Origin: Macrostomum lignano
Lineage: Eukaryota
Direction: 5' to 3'
Length of the DNA stretch: 64,000 nucleotides
Assembly (NCBI GenBank): GCA_002269645.1
Contig: NIVC01000713.1
Location: 62,001 to 126,000 of the forward strand
How positions within the stretch are numbered: the first letter of the stretch is position 1; each line of letters starts with the position of its first letter. Under the pieces are notes generated by a model that saw nothing but the letters and a program-made list of their open reading frames with translations, was not told the DNA's origin and did no database searches. Of the stretch, positions 25,501 to 45,633 are shown one piece after another. A program made the translations under genes and the position numbers.

Positions 25501-28500
25501 TACACATACACATCATACACTCATACACATCATACACTCATACACATCATACACATACACATCATACACATACACATCATACACTCATACACGCGCTCAC
25601 TAAAGTGACCGTGCCGCCACGAATTGACTGACCCTCATGGGTGTGAATCGCACCACAACCTCCCAGAAAATTTTGTGTTGGGAGGTTTCTCAGAAAATCG
25701 CGAGTAGCACTTCAGCCGTTCATGGGTGGCATTTGGCACACTTATAACAAGAAAGCAAACTTTTGTAACAAGCGCACGCATAAAACGTCTCAAACAGCTG
25801 GCCTCGCCTCGCCGCGAGTACCTGCGACACGACGCGGTTCAAATCGACGGACGCAAGGAGACGGTCTGCCTGTTTCTGTTCTCCGACCAGCTCGTGTTCG
25901 CCGGCATGAAGAAGCGAGTGGGGCCTCAGACAGTCAGGCGGGCTGTCATCAGACTGTGAGTTGATTGCGATTTGTTTTGCATCGAGTATTTGAAGTACAT
26001 GCTGATCCAATGACACAGACGGCACTAAACCGCCAAATCTGGTGTTAATCTTATCCTTAAAAACCTAAGCTGATGGTCAGGCAGCTAAACTGACGATCTG
26101 GCGCCTAAACCGACAATCTAGCGTCTAAACTGACAATTTACCCTCTAAACTGACAATCTAGCGCCTAAACTGACAATCTACCCCCTAAACTGACAATCTA
26201 GCGCCTAAACTGACAATATACCCCCAAAACTGACAATCTACCTCCTAAACTAACAATCTAGAGCCTAAACTGACCATCTAGCGCCTAAACTGACCATCTA
26301 GTGCCTAAACTGACCATCTAGCGCCTAAACTGACCATTTGGCGCCTAAACTGACAATCTAGCGCCTAAACTGACCATCTTGATCGCAGAGACGCAGAACG
26401 CAAACTTTAAATTTCACGTAAAAATAATTTATTAGTTTTGCTTCTCATTTATTTTGTTAAACTTTTGTAGGCAAGCCTCGGGCGGTCAGGACTATCTGGA
26501 CTCCAACTACAAGTACAAGGTGTGGCTCAGGCTGGGCCTCGAGTCCATCGAGATCAGCCGCGGCAAGCAGCGTCAGGCGGCCAGAAAATCGCAGGAAGAT
26601 TTGGAGAGACTCGAGGAGGACCGCAGCATCCTGCTGGAGATGCTGGACCTGGGATCCAAGCTGCACTGCAAGCAGTTGGTGAGGATAAGAGCTCGACCGA
26701 ATGAGAAACACAGAAGGATCCAGAAGTAGACAGCAACTGCTGGAAGTAGATAGTGCAAGTAGACATTAGATGTTAGAAGTAGGTTGTTGATGATAAAAGT
26801 AGACAGCAGAGTGAGTAGTAGACATTAGAAGATAGAAGTAGGCAGTACATGATCAAGTATTCAGTAGATGGTAGAAGAAGGCAGTAGATGATCGGAGTAG
26901 TCAGTAGATAATAGAAGTAGTCAGTAGATGATAGGAGTAGTCAGTAGATGATTGAAGTAGGCAGTAGATAATAGAAGTAGTCAGTAGATGATAGGAGTAG
27001 TCAGTAGATGATTGAAGTAGGCAGTAGATGATAGAAGTAGGCAGTAGATGATAGAAGTAGGCAGTATATGATAGAAGTAGGCAGTAGATGCTAGAAGTAG
27101 GCAGTAGATGGTAAAAGTTGGCGGTAGATCTGAAACAATCGCAAGCTCAGAAATAGGCTAAAATCTTCAATGAGCATCTCTCACCTCACTCCCAAAGAAC
27201 CTGGACGCCACCATGAAGGAGGTGCTCGGCACGCTGAACCGTCAGCTCGAGGACACCCGTCGTCAGGAACTGCAGGAACTCTCCGCGGCATCATCCGTTG
27301 GCTCGGGCGGCGGCGGCACCGGAGGAGCCAAGAACCGCCTTGACCTGCTGACTACAAGTCCCGAAGGCATCGCCAGTTACACTTTGAACTTTCCCTCCGT
27401 AGATAAGCGCAGTCAGTGGGAGAACAGTTTCTTAGACGCCAAGATGAAGCTCATGTACAAAAGTGCCCAGACTCCGGACTTTGTGCAGTCGCTTCAACTG
27501 CCCAAGCCGCGGCCTGGGATGCAAGTGAGTCTTCGAAACCTTCTTTTGGTCAGATCTATGCGGACCTAGTGTCAGATATAGTTGTCAGAGTTCATGTCAG
27601 ATATAGTTTTCAGAATTTATGACAGATATAGTGTCATAATTCAAGTCAGATACAGTGTCAGAATTCAAGTCAGATATAGTGTCAGAATTCAAGTCAGATA
27701 CAGTGTCATAATTCAAGTCAGATATAGTGTCAGAATTCAAGTCAGATATAGTGTCAGAATTCAAGTCAGATATAGTGTCAGAATTCAAGTCAGATATAGT
27801 GTCAGAATTCAAGTCAGATATAGTGTCAGAATTCAAGTCAGATATAGTGTCAGAATTCAAGTCAGATATAGTGTCAGAATTCAAGTCAGATATAGTGTCA
27901 GAATTCAAGTCAGATATAGTGTCAGAATTCAAGTCAGATATAGTGTCAGAATTCAAGTCAGATATAGTGTCAGAATTCAAGTCAGATATAGTGTCAGAAT
28001 TCAAGTCAGATATAGTGTCAGAATTCAAGTCAGATATAGTGTCAGAACTCATGTCCGATACAGTTGTCAGAATAACCTTCATAATTCTTTCGAATACTCA
28101 TGAAACCATTTCAGACACCATTTTAAAAATTGTCAGATAATTTCACTATTGCTGCATGCATGTCAGAAAATATGATCAGAGTGTGTCAGGCATTGTAGAT
28201 TTTTTGCTACATTTTCCCGGAAAGTAGGCGAACCAGTCAACTTTCGTAGCGAAATCTTCACGCCTTCATTCAGTCGCCCGCGAAGTCGGGTGGGTGTCGT
28301 AAAAACAGACGATTTTTCCCTGCACAGGAACAGCAAAACTGCAGCGAATCAAATGGAAGAATTTCATGCTGGCATCGGAAAAAAACAGTTTGCACAGCTC
28401 GTTTTCGCCCCGTGGTTTTTCACTTTTATGTGGAGGCTCATAAGAGTGATACAATAAAAACAAATTTATTCTGACTCGAATGGATTCCCGCCAATCTGTT

Positions 28501-29901
28501 AAAGCTAGTCGTGCTGGCAAGCCAGGGCATAATATATGCATACGTGTAATACTATAGCACAGTATGGTGTTATTAATAAATAAGTACAGATTCTTTCTAT
28601 TTTTACCATAGACAATCCCAGTAAGCCGTTAAACCAACTAAAAGCATTGAATTAAGGGAGGTTTTACCATAGAAATTCTCAGTGGGCCGTTAAATCAACT
28701 GACAGCATTGAACCAAGTGAGGTTTTACCATAGACATTCTCAGGGGGCCGATAATCCAACTGAAAGCATTGAACCAAGTGAGGTTTTACCATAAACATTC
28801 TCAGTGGTGCGTTAAACCAACTGACAGCATTGAAACAAGTGAGGTTTTACCATAAACATTCTCAGTGGTCTGTTAAACTAATTGACAGGATTGAACCAAG
28901 CGAGGTTTTACCATAGACATTCTCAGCGAACTGTTAAAAAACCCATTTCACGCATGCTAACTACACCTCGGGCTGATGCGTGCAAAATTGAAGAAAGTGT
29001 AAAGTCGTCCAGTAAGTGCTTTGATCAAAGCATTTTAATATGTTTGTTCAGTAGGGCGGGAATTAGACAAAAAACTGCAAATATAAACAATAAAATCATC
29101 AATTCAGAAAAATTGTTAACAGCAAAAGAAGCCGCGCATTCCAGCATACCTAAGCGGCATAATAGTCTGGCCTGTCTGTCAAGTGACACAAAATCTTAAC
29201 TAAATGTAGCAGTGCAACAGTCAGCTGCCCTATATATTGTATGCACTGCTGTAACAAGGAATGTTCCCCATCAGCTCCTGCTGCAGCCAGACAGACCAAG
29301 CAATACAATTGCGCTGCGCCGACAGAGAGAACAAGAATCCAGGAAAAAAGCTGCGACCGACAAGGTGAGGGAAGAGGAGGGCAGGAGTGGAAAAGGCTGG
29401 AACCAGATTACTGGCCTTTGACGGACACGGAAGATGCCGAGATTCAATCCAGCAGTGCTTCAGCATGGGCGCAGTAAGACGAGGAAAAACTCGATTCCCG
29501 AGGCCCCAGCTGCCAAAGCGGGATGTGGGGGAGGGGGGGGGATGCGCAATTCCGCGGTGCGGATTTCGAATCTTCTCGAAATCCAACCCAAGCCTTCTCC
29601 TGGACAAGAAAGCAGAAGCGTTAATGTTCCACAATGGAGGCCTTCGTCTGGCTTAGTCCAAGGCCGGCCACGCGACCAGTGCAGCCTTTGACTGGCCCTC
29701 CAGTGCGCACTGCATCTTTGCCGGAATATTACAAGCTGGCAAAATGAAGAATATTGATGGCTGCTGGGTTGGTGGGTCAGGAGCGGGAGGGGGCTGCCGA
29801 CCCAGATTCCATCCGCTGGAAATTGATGGCGCCCGCAAGGGACTTCCAGGACTCGGGCATTCCTTTGTACGCCGCGAGCCAGTGGTCTGTTTGTCTGTCT
29901 A

Positions 29902-29932
<31 letters not shown>

Positions 29933-29940
29933 TTCTGTCC

Positions 29941-30016
<76 letters not shown>

Positions 30017-33000
30017 GCTTGTCCGTCAGCCTGCCAACCTAAAGTTTCTGTCACAGAGAACTGTACCACCGATCAAAGCGTGTAATTCTCCTTAAAACGG
30101 TTGTAATTCTGTTAGCAAATCTCTCATGATAGTCTGTAGGCTTTATGGCTCTCCTTTGGTAATGCATCTAATGCCTTCGTCAGCAGCTGGTGCTGATGTT
30201 GTAAACACCGCAACAGCCCGGGGTCCCTCCTACAGCCATACACGAGCCTATGTATCGATGCACGTTTCAGCTTTACAATGGCACACATCTGCTGAATCTC
30301 TAAAGCAACTACATGTGGACAACCGAAGCCTGTCCTGAATGAGGTTTCACCATAGACAAATATGGTGAAACCATAGATAAAATTGTGAATCAACCCTTAA
30401 CTGAATGAATTAGCTTTAATTAAAATTACGACTTGTCTATTTTAGCTACTGTAAGTAGAAACATACGCAAAATTAAAGCCATTATTTTATTTTTCATCAA
30501 AAACCCACACCCTCGTTCGCGCAGTTCACGTGTGCCACTCCAGCCGACGGCTACAGCGATTGCAACTCCAGGGACGTCTGGATTGGCGCCTCGGACGGCT
30601 GCAGCAGCAGCCTGGCGCTGATCTGCCTGCAGCCGCAGCCAAACTTGATGGGCAGCGCGCCGCTGCCGGCCTGCACCTCCAAGGTGAACTGCATCTGCTC
30701 CGTACCAGGCTTTGCCGGACTGCTGCGACGGTGAGAGCCGCGGGTTGTTAATAATAAAGTTCATCTACCCTGTGAGGGCAGCTTCCACATCATATTGCAG
30801 CTGGGCGAACCAGAAATTTACTTAATTTTGCTTCCTTTCTTGCCTTGAGGCTTGACGAATGCCAGTTCTGCTGCGTACTAACCAAAGTTATTTCTGCTTA
30901 ACTTGCTTGTGGGTTTTTTGAATTTTTGTAAGCTTCCTATCTGTAAAAGACATCGTAGTCTTCTCAAGTCATCAAAGGGACCGCCAAACTCTTCTCTAGG
31001 CATCAAAGGGACCGCCAAACTCTTCTCTAGGCATCAAAGGGACCGCCAAAATATTCTGAGCATCAAAGGGACCGCCAAACTCTTCTCTAGGCATCAAAGG
31101 GACCGCCAAAATATTCTGAGCATCAAAGGGACCGCCAAACTCTTCTCTAGGCATCAAAGGGACCGCCAAGCTATTCTGAGCGTCAGAGGGACATCTTCAA
31201 TTTCCGCAACCAATCAGCAACTCAATGCTTCTTTCTCCCGCCCCTATCCAGACAAGGTAGCGACCGCCGTCGCTCGCGCCACACCCTGGCCGAGACGTTG
31301 CACGAAGCCCCGAGTGAAAAGCTTCCGGAATCCGTCGTAGCAGACGACGCTGGTGGCGGCGGTGGTGGTTCCGGTGGCGGCGGTGGTTCCGGTGCCGGCG
31401 GAGGCAACGATGCAGCGGCTCCATCGACGTCTACGCGAGAACGCGACGAGTCATCTATCAGCGACGAGGACAACGAAGCAGCCGATCGGAACAACGGCAG
31501 CGGAAGCAGCACCAGAAGCAATAACAACAGCAATAGCAACGCAAAAGACGCCAAAGAGGGCAGCCGGGACAGCCTCGCTGCCGGGGCGGACGACGAGGAC
31601 AGCTCGGCGAACTCCGACGAAGATGAAGACGACGATGACAATGACGATGAAGAAGAAGAAAACGAGGTGGCTGGTCAACCGTCGGTGTCGCTCGACTCCG
31701 TCGCTTACGATGAGACAAGAAGCTGCAGCGACGACGCATCGTTCGGCGGGAAGTCCGGCGTTGGTAGCGGCGGAGGCGGTGGCGGCGGCGGTCGAAGGCT
31801 GACCGACCCCTACCAGGCCACCGTGTGGCTCGGCTGCGAGGACGGCTGGGTGTACGTGTACTGCAACTCGTCGGCGACAGTTGAAGACGACGCCTCAACA
31901 GCTAAACTGTTGGGCAGGCAGAGACAGCGGCTGAAGCTGAAATCCGGGGTCAGCTGCATTTTGCACCTGGACGGTCGTGTGTACGCCTGCATGAACAACG
32001 GAGAGATGGCTGTGTTCAAAAGGAGAATCGGTGAGCCATGCACTCTCTCTCTCTGCACTGTTGGACTTGATGGAGAAGACTGAGAGGCTGCTTTGTGGCC
32101 CAATGTGTGCTTAGTTGGCAAAGAGATATTGGAGATAAGAAGGCAGATGATGGATGAAGACATGGATAGAATAGATAGGGAGAGAGAGAGAGGGAGAGGG
32201 GAATGAGGGAGAGGGGAATGAGGGAGAGGGGAATGAGGGAGAGGGGAATGAGGGAGAGGGGAATGAGGGAGAGGGGAATGAGGGAGAGGGAATGAGGGAG
32301 AGGGGAATGAGGGAGAGGGGAATGAGGGAGAGGGGAATGAGGGAGAGGGGAATGAGGGAGAGGGGAATGAGGTAGAGGGGAATGAGGGAGAGGGGAATGA
32401 GGGAGAGGGGAATGAGGGAGAGGGGAATGAGGGAGAGGGGAATGAGGGAGAGGGGAATGAGGGAGAGGGGAATGAGGGAGAGGGGAATGAGGGAGAGGGG
32501 AATGAGGGAGAGGGGAATGAGGGAGAGGGGGGGAATGATGTAAAGAGATTTAGGACGGAGGGAGTGGAGACAGTGAATCAGGAGAAGAGGAGACGCGGAG
32601 ACGACGCACACTTCAATCCGTCAAAACAAAAAAATTGTCCAACCTGCACCTCTCTGCCTCCCCAGACGGCTTGTGGGACTTGGATAATCCGCATTACATC
32701 CTGGTTCGCGAGCATCGCCCACTGAAACGGGCCCTGGCGGTGGCAGGCAAAATCTGGTGCGGCTCGCTCAAGGACATCACGGTGTTGAACCCCGTGGCAG
32801 AGTGCTGCGAGTCGAACTTCACGGTTGGCCACCAGAGTGGCAGGCGCAGTGTGCAGGACATGGTGTGCTCCGGCTACGCGGTGTGGATCGCACTGGAGAA
32901 CTCCACTAAAATATTTCTCTATCACGCCCTGTCAGCCGAGTTTCTGCTGGAAATGGACTTGTCAGCGGCTGTCAACTTGAAGCTGAGCGGTGCGTCTTTA

Positions 33001-35411
33001 TTCCCGACCTGACACGTTTCTTATGACCACCCAACTGTGATAGTCAATTGTGACCTCCTTTGACACATCTTCCACGACCTCCTCCGACACATCTTCCACG
33101 ACCTCCTATGACACATCTTCCACGACCTCCTCCGACACATCTTCCACGACCTCCTATGACACATCTTCCACGACCTCCTCTGACACATCTTCCACGACCT
33201 CCTCTGACACATCTTCCACGACCTCCTATGACACATCTTCCACGACCTCCTCTGACACATCTTCCACGACCTCCTCCGACACATCTTCCACGACCTCCTA
33301 TGACACATCTTCCACGACCTCCAATGACACATCTTCCACGACCTCCTATGACACATCTTCCACGACCTCCTATGACACATCTTTCATGGCCTCCTATGAC
33401 ACATCTTTCATGGCCTCCTCTGACACATCTTTCATGGCCTCCTATGACACATCTTTCATGGCCTCCTCTGACACATCTTCCACGACCTCCTCTGACACAT
33501 CTTTCATGGCCTCCTCTGACACATCTTCCACGACCTCCTATGACACATCTTTCATGGCCTCCTATGACACATCTTTCATGGCCTCCTCTGACACATCTTT
33601 CATGGCCTCCTATGACACATCTTTCATGGCCTCCTCTGACACATCTTCCACGACCTCCTCTGACACATCTTTCATGGCCTCCTCTGACACATCTTCCACG
33701 ACCTCCTATGACACATCTTTCATGGCCTCCTCTGACACATCTTCCACGACCTCCTATGACACATCTTCGATGACCTCCTTTGACATATCTTCCATGACCA
33801 TCTCTGACCCATCTTCCATGACTATCTCTGACCCATCTTCCATGACCATCTCTGACCCATCTTCCATGACCTCCTATCACCTGTCTCCTATGGCCTCTTT
33901 GGCCCTTCTAGCATTATGTACATCGTATTGAATATCGATCAATCACAATATATAATAGCACGCAAGGCTAAGTGGAAGCCTAAGCTTTTTTCCATTCGAA
34001 ATTAATTGAGCCTTCACACCTTTAACCTGCGAATGCCCGCAATAACCCTGCCACAGCCTGTGACGATATTGTTCGGCAGCACAAAACCGCCTGCCTTCGC
34101 GTCACCTGCATGATTGTCTGCAAAGATCTGCTGTGGGTCGGCACCAGCGCCGGGGTCATTGTGGTCATTCCGGTGCTCAAAGTGACGTCAACTACAGGAC
34201 CGGGGTCGCTTAAACCCCCCAGAGCTATTGGTAAATGTTTGCCATAAAATCAATTCTTTAATATGCTATTTATAGTAGTATTATTAAAGTGAATACAACT
34301 TTTCGTAATAGCAAGTGCAGACATTGTCTGTGTTACACAGCCTGTGTTATTCCCTGTCACAGGTATTGGTTCAGTCTCATTCCAGGTGTGTGTTATTCCC
34401 TGTCACAGGTATTGGTTCAGTTTCATTCCAGGTGTGTATTATTCCCTGTCACAGGTATTGGTTCAGTCTCATTCCAGGTGTGTGTTATTCCCTGTCACAG
34501 GTATTGGTTCAGTCTCATTCCAGGTGTGTGTTATTCCCTGTCACAGGTATTGGTTCAGTCTCATTCCAGGTATGTGTTATTACCTGTTACAGGTATTGGT
34601 TCAGTCTCATTCCAGGTGTGTGTTATTACCTGTCACAGGTATTGCTTCAGTCTCATTCCAGGTATGTGTTATTCCCTGTCACAGGTATTGGTTCAGTCTC
34701 ATTCCAGGTGTGTGTTATTCCCTGTCACAGGTATTGGTTCAGTCTCATTCCAGGTGTGTGTTATTCCCTGTCACAGGTATTGGTTCAGTCTCATTCCAGG
34801 TGTGTGCTATTCCGTCACAGATAGGGTCAGGGTTCGATTCCCAGAGCAGTGACTTCAGGTTTCATTTGCATCGTGTGTTAATTGTAATCTACATTAATAC
34901 CGGAGCCACCTCCAAGTCTCCAATTGTCACCCGGTCTCCAGCCCTCAACCACGGTCACACTGGTCACGTGAGGTTCATCACTGCAGTTGAAAAATGTCAC
35001 AGCGACAGCGGCGGAGGCAGCGGCAGCGGTGCTGGCGGCGGCGGCTCGGCTGTGACAGCAATCAGTAGCGGCAGCGGCGGCGGCGGCGGCGTTGTCGCGC
35101 CTCATCATCATCACCTGTCGATGCACCGGGCCAGTTCCGCCGGTCGCCGGGCCTCTCTGGCTCCCGTGACAACGATGGCGTCGCAGATCACGGTGGTCAC
35201 TGGAGGCTCAGGATTTGAGGACTACAGCGGCAGCAGCGGCGGCGGAAGCAGAGGCCTGTCCAGCGGTCCTCAGTCCTGCAGCAGCCTGACAGCAGATGAC
35301 GGAGCACCGGGGACCCCGCCTCCAGGTTCGCCGTCAGTAACTGCTCAGTCAGCCACTGTTGCTGGGGGCTGCGAAGATAGCATAAATCAGCTGTTGATCT
35401 TTCAGGTGTGA
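16760..35411 (+). CDS. ARHGEF17: ARHGEF17-like Rho guanine nucleotide exchange factor (~1720 aa; DH, PH-like and C-terminal beta-propeller-like regions)
   Basis: 15 GT-AG exons with consistent phases: 16760-18440, 18852-19054, 21868-21945, 22738-22911, 23916-24032, 24470-24562, 24925-25095, 25798-25955, 26471-26678, 27198-27524, 30525-30730, 31252-32030, 32666-32989, 34057-34230, 34942-35411 (total 5163 nt). DH motifs: [55 protein letters not shown]10/17 motifs: [48 protein letters not shown]. Additional small exons in intron 2 cannot be excluded. Confidence 0.92.
19465..19514. repeat. (TC)n microsatellite
   Basis: Directly visible. Confidence 0.95.
20409..20581. repeat. 18-bp minisatellite CTCTGTAGCTGGCGCCCC (ARHGEF17 intron 2)
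   Basis: Directly visible. Confidence 0.9.
20590..20993. repeat. 27-bp minisatellite TTCAGAGAGAGGCGCAGTTCCGTATGC (intron 2)
   Basis: Directly visible, with deletion variants. Confidence 0.9.
21985..22684. mobile_element. Foldback/MITE-like element with long inverted arms (intron 3)
   Basis: 22029-22220 is the near-identical reverse complement of 22440-22632. Weaker similarity extends out to CAAGGAC(A/T)AC ends. No TSD identified. Confidence 0.7.
23500..23700 (-). mobile_element. SINE-like fragment with B-box-like CCTGTTCGATTC (intron 4)
   Basis: Minus-strand 23604-23645 aligns by eye with plus-strand 44768-44813. Confidence 0.45.
24185..24330. repeat. Degenerate GTTG-rich low-complexity tract (intron 5)
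   Basis: Directly visible. Confidence 0.7.
25351..25590. repeat. ATACACATC/ATACACTC compound microsatellite (intron 7)
   Basis: Directly visible. Confidence 0.9.
26085..26378. repeat. 20-bp minisatellite CCTAAACTGACAATCTAGCG (intron 8)
   Basis: Directly visible, ~15 copies. Confidence 0.9.
26720..27130. repeat. 20-bp minisatellite AGTAGATGATAGAAGTAGGC (intron 9)
   Basis: Directly visible; degenerate at the left end. Confidence 0.9.
27570..28065. repeat. 24-bp minisatellite GTCAGATATAGTGTCAGAATTCAA (intron 10)
   Basis: ~20 highly homogeneous copies. Confidence 0.95.
28600..28925. repeat. 60-61 bp tandem repeat, ~6 copies (intron 10)
   Basis: GAGGTTTTACCATAGACATTCTCAG recurs every 60-61 bp. 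Confidence 0.85.
29886..30018. repeat. (GTCT)n microsatellite (intron 10)
   Basis: Directly visible. Confidence 0.95.
30971..31190. repeat. 29/31-bp minisatellite with CATCAAAGGGACCGCCAAA core (intron 11)
   Basis: Directly visible; two unit types, mostly alternating. Confidence 0.9.
32196..32535. repeat. 15-bp polypurine minisatellite GAGGGAGAGGGGAAT (intron 12)
   Basis: ~22 copies. Confidence 0.95.
33054..33890. repeat. 24-bp minisatellite CCTCCTATGACACATCTTCCACGA (intron 13)
   Basis: ~35 copies with two main variants. Confidence 0.95.
34334..34822. repeat. 46-bp minisatellite TTATTCCCTGTCACAGGTATTGGTTCAGTCTCATTCCAGGTGTGTG (intron 14)
   Basis: ~10.5 copies. Confidence 0.95.
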
Positions 35412-35569
35412 GCAGCGGTGAAGAGTTCCAGACTAACAGCGAGCATCGATTTCATAGAAGTAATCGGTAGTTTTTTTACCATAATCCAGTCATTTTGGAC
35501 TGTCCAGCTTCATCAATTTCATCGACTTTTCTGGTCTGTGCCTTTCTGCCACGCCCCGCCTCTTCAAAG

Positions 35570-35850
35570 TAATCGATTTTTTAGTCTAACAGGTTGCCCA
35601 AATTCCACCTCATCAAATTATAGATTTTCTAGTCTAAGACATTGCCCCAACTCCCCCTCTTCAAAAATATCGATTTTCTATCGATTTTCTAGCCTAACAC
35701 GGTGCCCCAAATTTACCTCCTCAAAATTATCGATTTTCTAGTCTAACACGTTGCCCCAAGTCCACCTCCTCAAAATTATCGATCTTCTAACGATTTTCTA
35801 GTCTAAAACGTTGGCCCAACCTCAACTCCTTCAATTTATCGATTTTCTAG
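35570..35850. repeat. Degenerate ~55-60 bp repeat (ATCGATTTTCTAGTCTAAC...CCCCAA) downstream of the ARHGEF17 stop
   Basis: The core recurs about 5 times. Confidence 0.7.
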
Positions 35851-36517
35851 CCTGACCTCTTTTACCCTACCCAGTTGATGAACACATATTTTAAAAGTAC
35901 ATAAATCGATCAAGAACTAACAATCAGTATCGCGTCTCCACCAATCCACCCACAACCATATTACAATACCTGTAGGTAAGCACATCTGCGTGTATTGCTC
36001 ATAAAAGTATAGAAACGCCTTACTTAGTATTACATGCCATAATGTACTTTTAATCAAAAGAATTTTCAGTAGCAAATTTACCCGTAGCGGTAGAAAGGGT
36101 AGTCTCTTAAGTTGTCGATTTTAACTAATTATCGTGTGCAAAACTGTACAGAACTATGCAAAACTGCATCACAATTTGAGTTATTATCTTATAAATAAAT
36201 TAACCAGTTTTCAGTATTTTGGAAAGATTTGATATTATTTCGTATTAGAGAGTTCTGAAACTCAGATAAAAGCTTCTCTGACTCTCAGTCTAAGAGTATC
36301 TTTTGTTTACACCTCTGTACTTCAGCGCCCGCCATTTCGGTATTAATATTTGTCTGACTTGGAAACCATTTTCTTAAATCAGTCACTAACATTACTGAAT
36401 ACAACAGAAAAATAAATATTTGCTCCTGTATGATAATTGCCGGTACTTGTTTCTTTTTTTCTTACAAAATTTCTATACTTTCATAATTAGCAATTGCAAA
36501 AGAAAAATGTACGTTAT

Positions 36518-44690
<8,173 letters not shown>

Positions 44691-44749
44691 GCAACATATC
44701 GTTCAGTAAATGTGCACATGCAAAACGACTTTCAAAATTTGAATGCCAT

Positions 44750-44900
44750 TTCAGGCTGCTGATAGAGCCCCTGGTTCGATTCCGTGCGCGGGTAACTTCA
44801 TTTGGGGCTCGTGTGTGCTCAGGGTCAGCTGAATGGGCAGGATTGCCTCGCTGGTTGCGGGACCAATGTCGCAGAAAGGGTTGCGCCAGGGTGCATGTAG
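44750..44900 (+). mobile_element. SINE-like fragment with B box GGTTCGATTCC
   Basis: B box at ~44773, plus similarity to the 23604-23645 copy. Confidence 0.4.
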
Positions 44901-45633
44901 TCCTGCAAATATTTAAATGTAAAAGTGACTCACACAGTCATGCAGTACATCTAATTTTATCTTGAATAAGCATTCGAATAAACTATTATACCAATCAAGC
45001 TGGAGTCATAAAAACATTTCGTAGATTTATTTGAGTAGAAAACCTCAAACTGGTATACAGTTGCTATGGGCTTTAAATAATTAAACATTAATTTCATAAC
45101 TATCGAAGTTATGTGACATTTTACCTGTCAAGTACGATAGCCTCTGTCCTGGTTCTATCTACTGGAAATTAAAACAAACTACTAATCCGGTGAAGAAACA
45201 TAAACCAAACATCCAAATTCTTTGTGAAAAGACAATGCTGCTGCAAGTCATTATATTAAACGAATATATCTTGTGCTACAAATTTGAGTAATAGTCTATG
45301 GCTACTTATGTTTCTTAACCGGATTAGTAGTTTGTACGCATATCTATTTCTACGCAGTTTAATTTCATAAAATCGCTGATTGAGCATTCTGGGTAAGTTC
45401 TGTGGCTTGCGCCATCCTCTAAGGCAAGAAGTTTATGGCCTCAGCTATTCAATGGCTCCTTTAAATTGATATCCTTAATTCTTAATTTGACCTCTTTAAC
45501 AAGAGGAATTATGTCTATGGCCAAGACTGTTTGCACAGCCAGAATACGAAAGTTCTTCCTTAAATTGAATTCATTAAATCTTAAACTTGATCTGGGACTT
45601 GGCAGCAATTCATTCAACTCTCCATTAGTTGAG

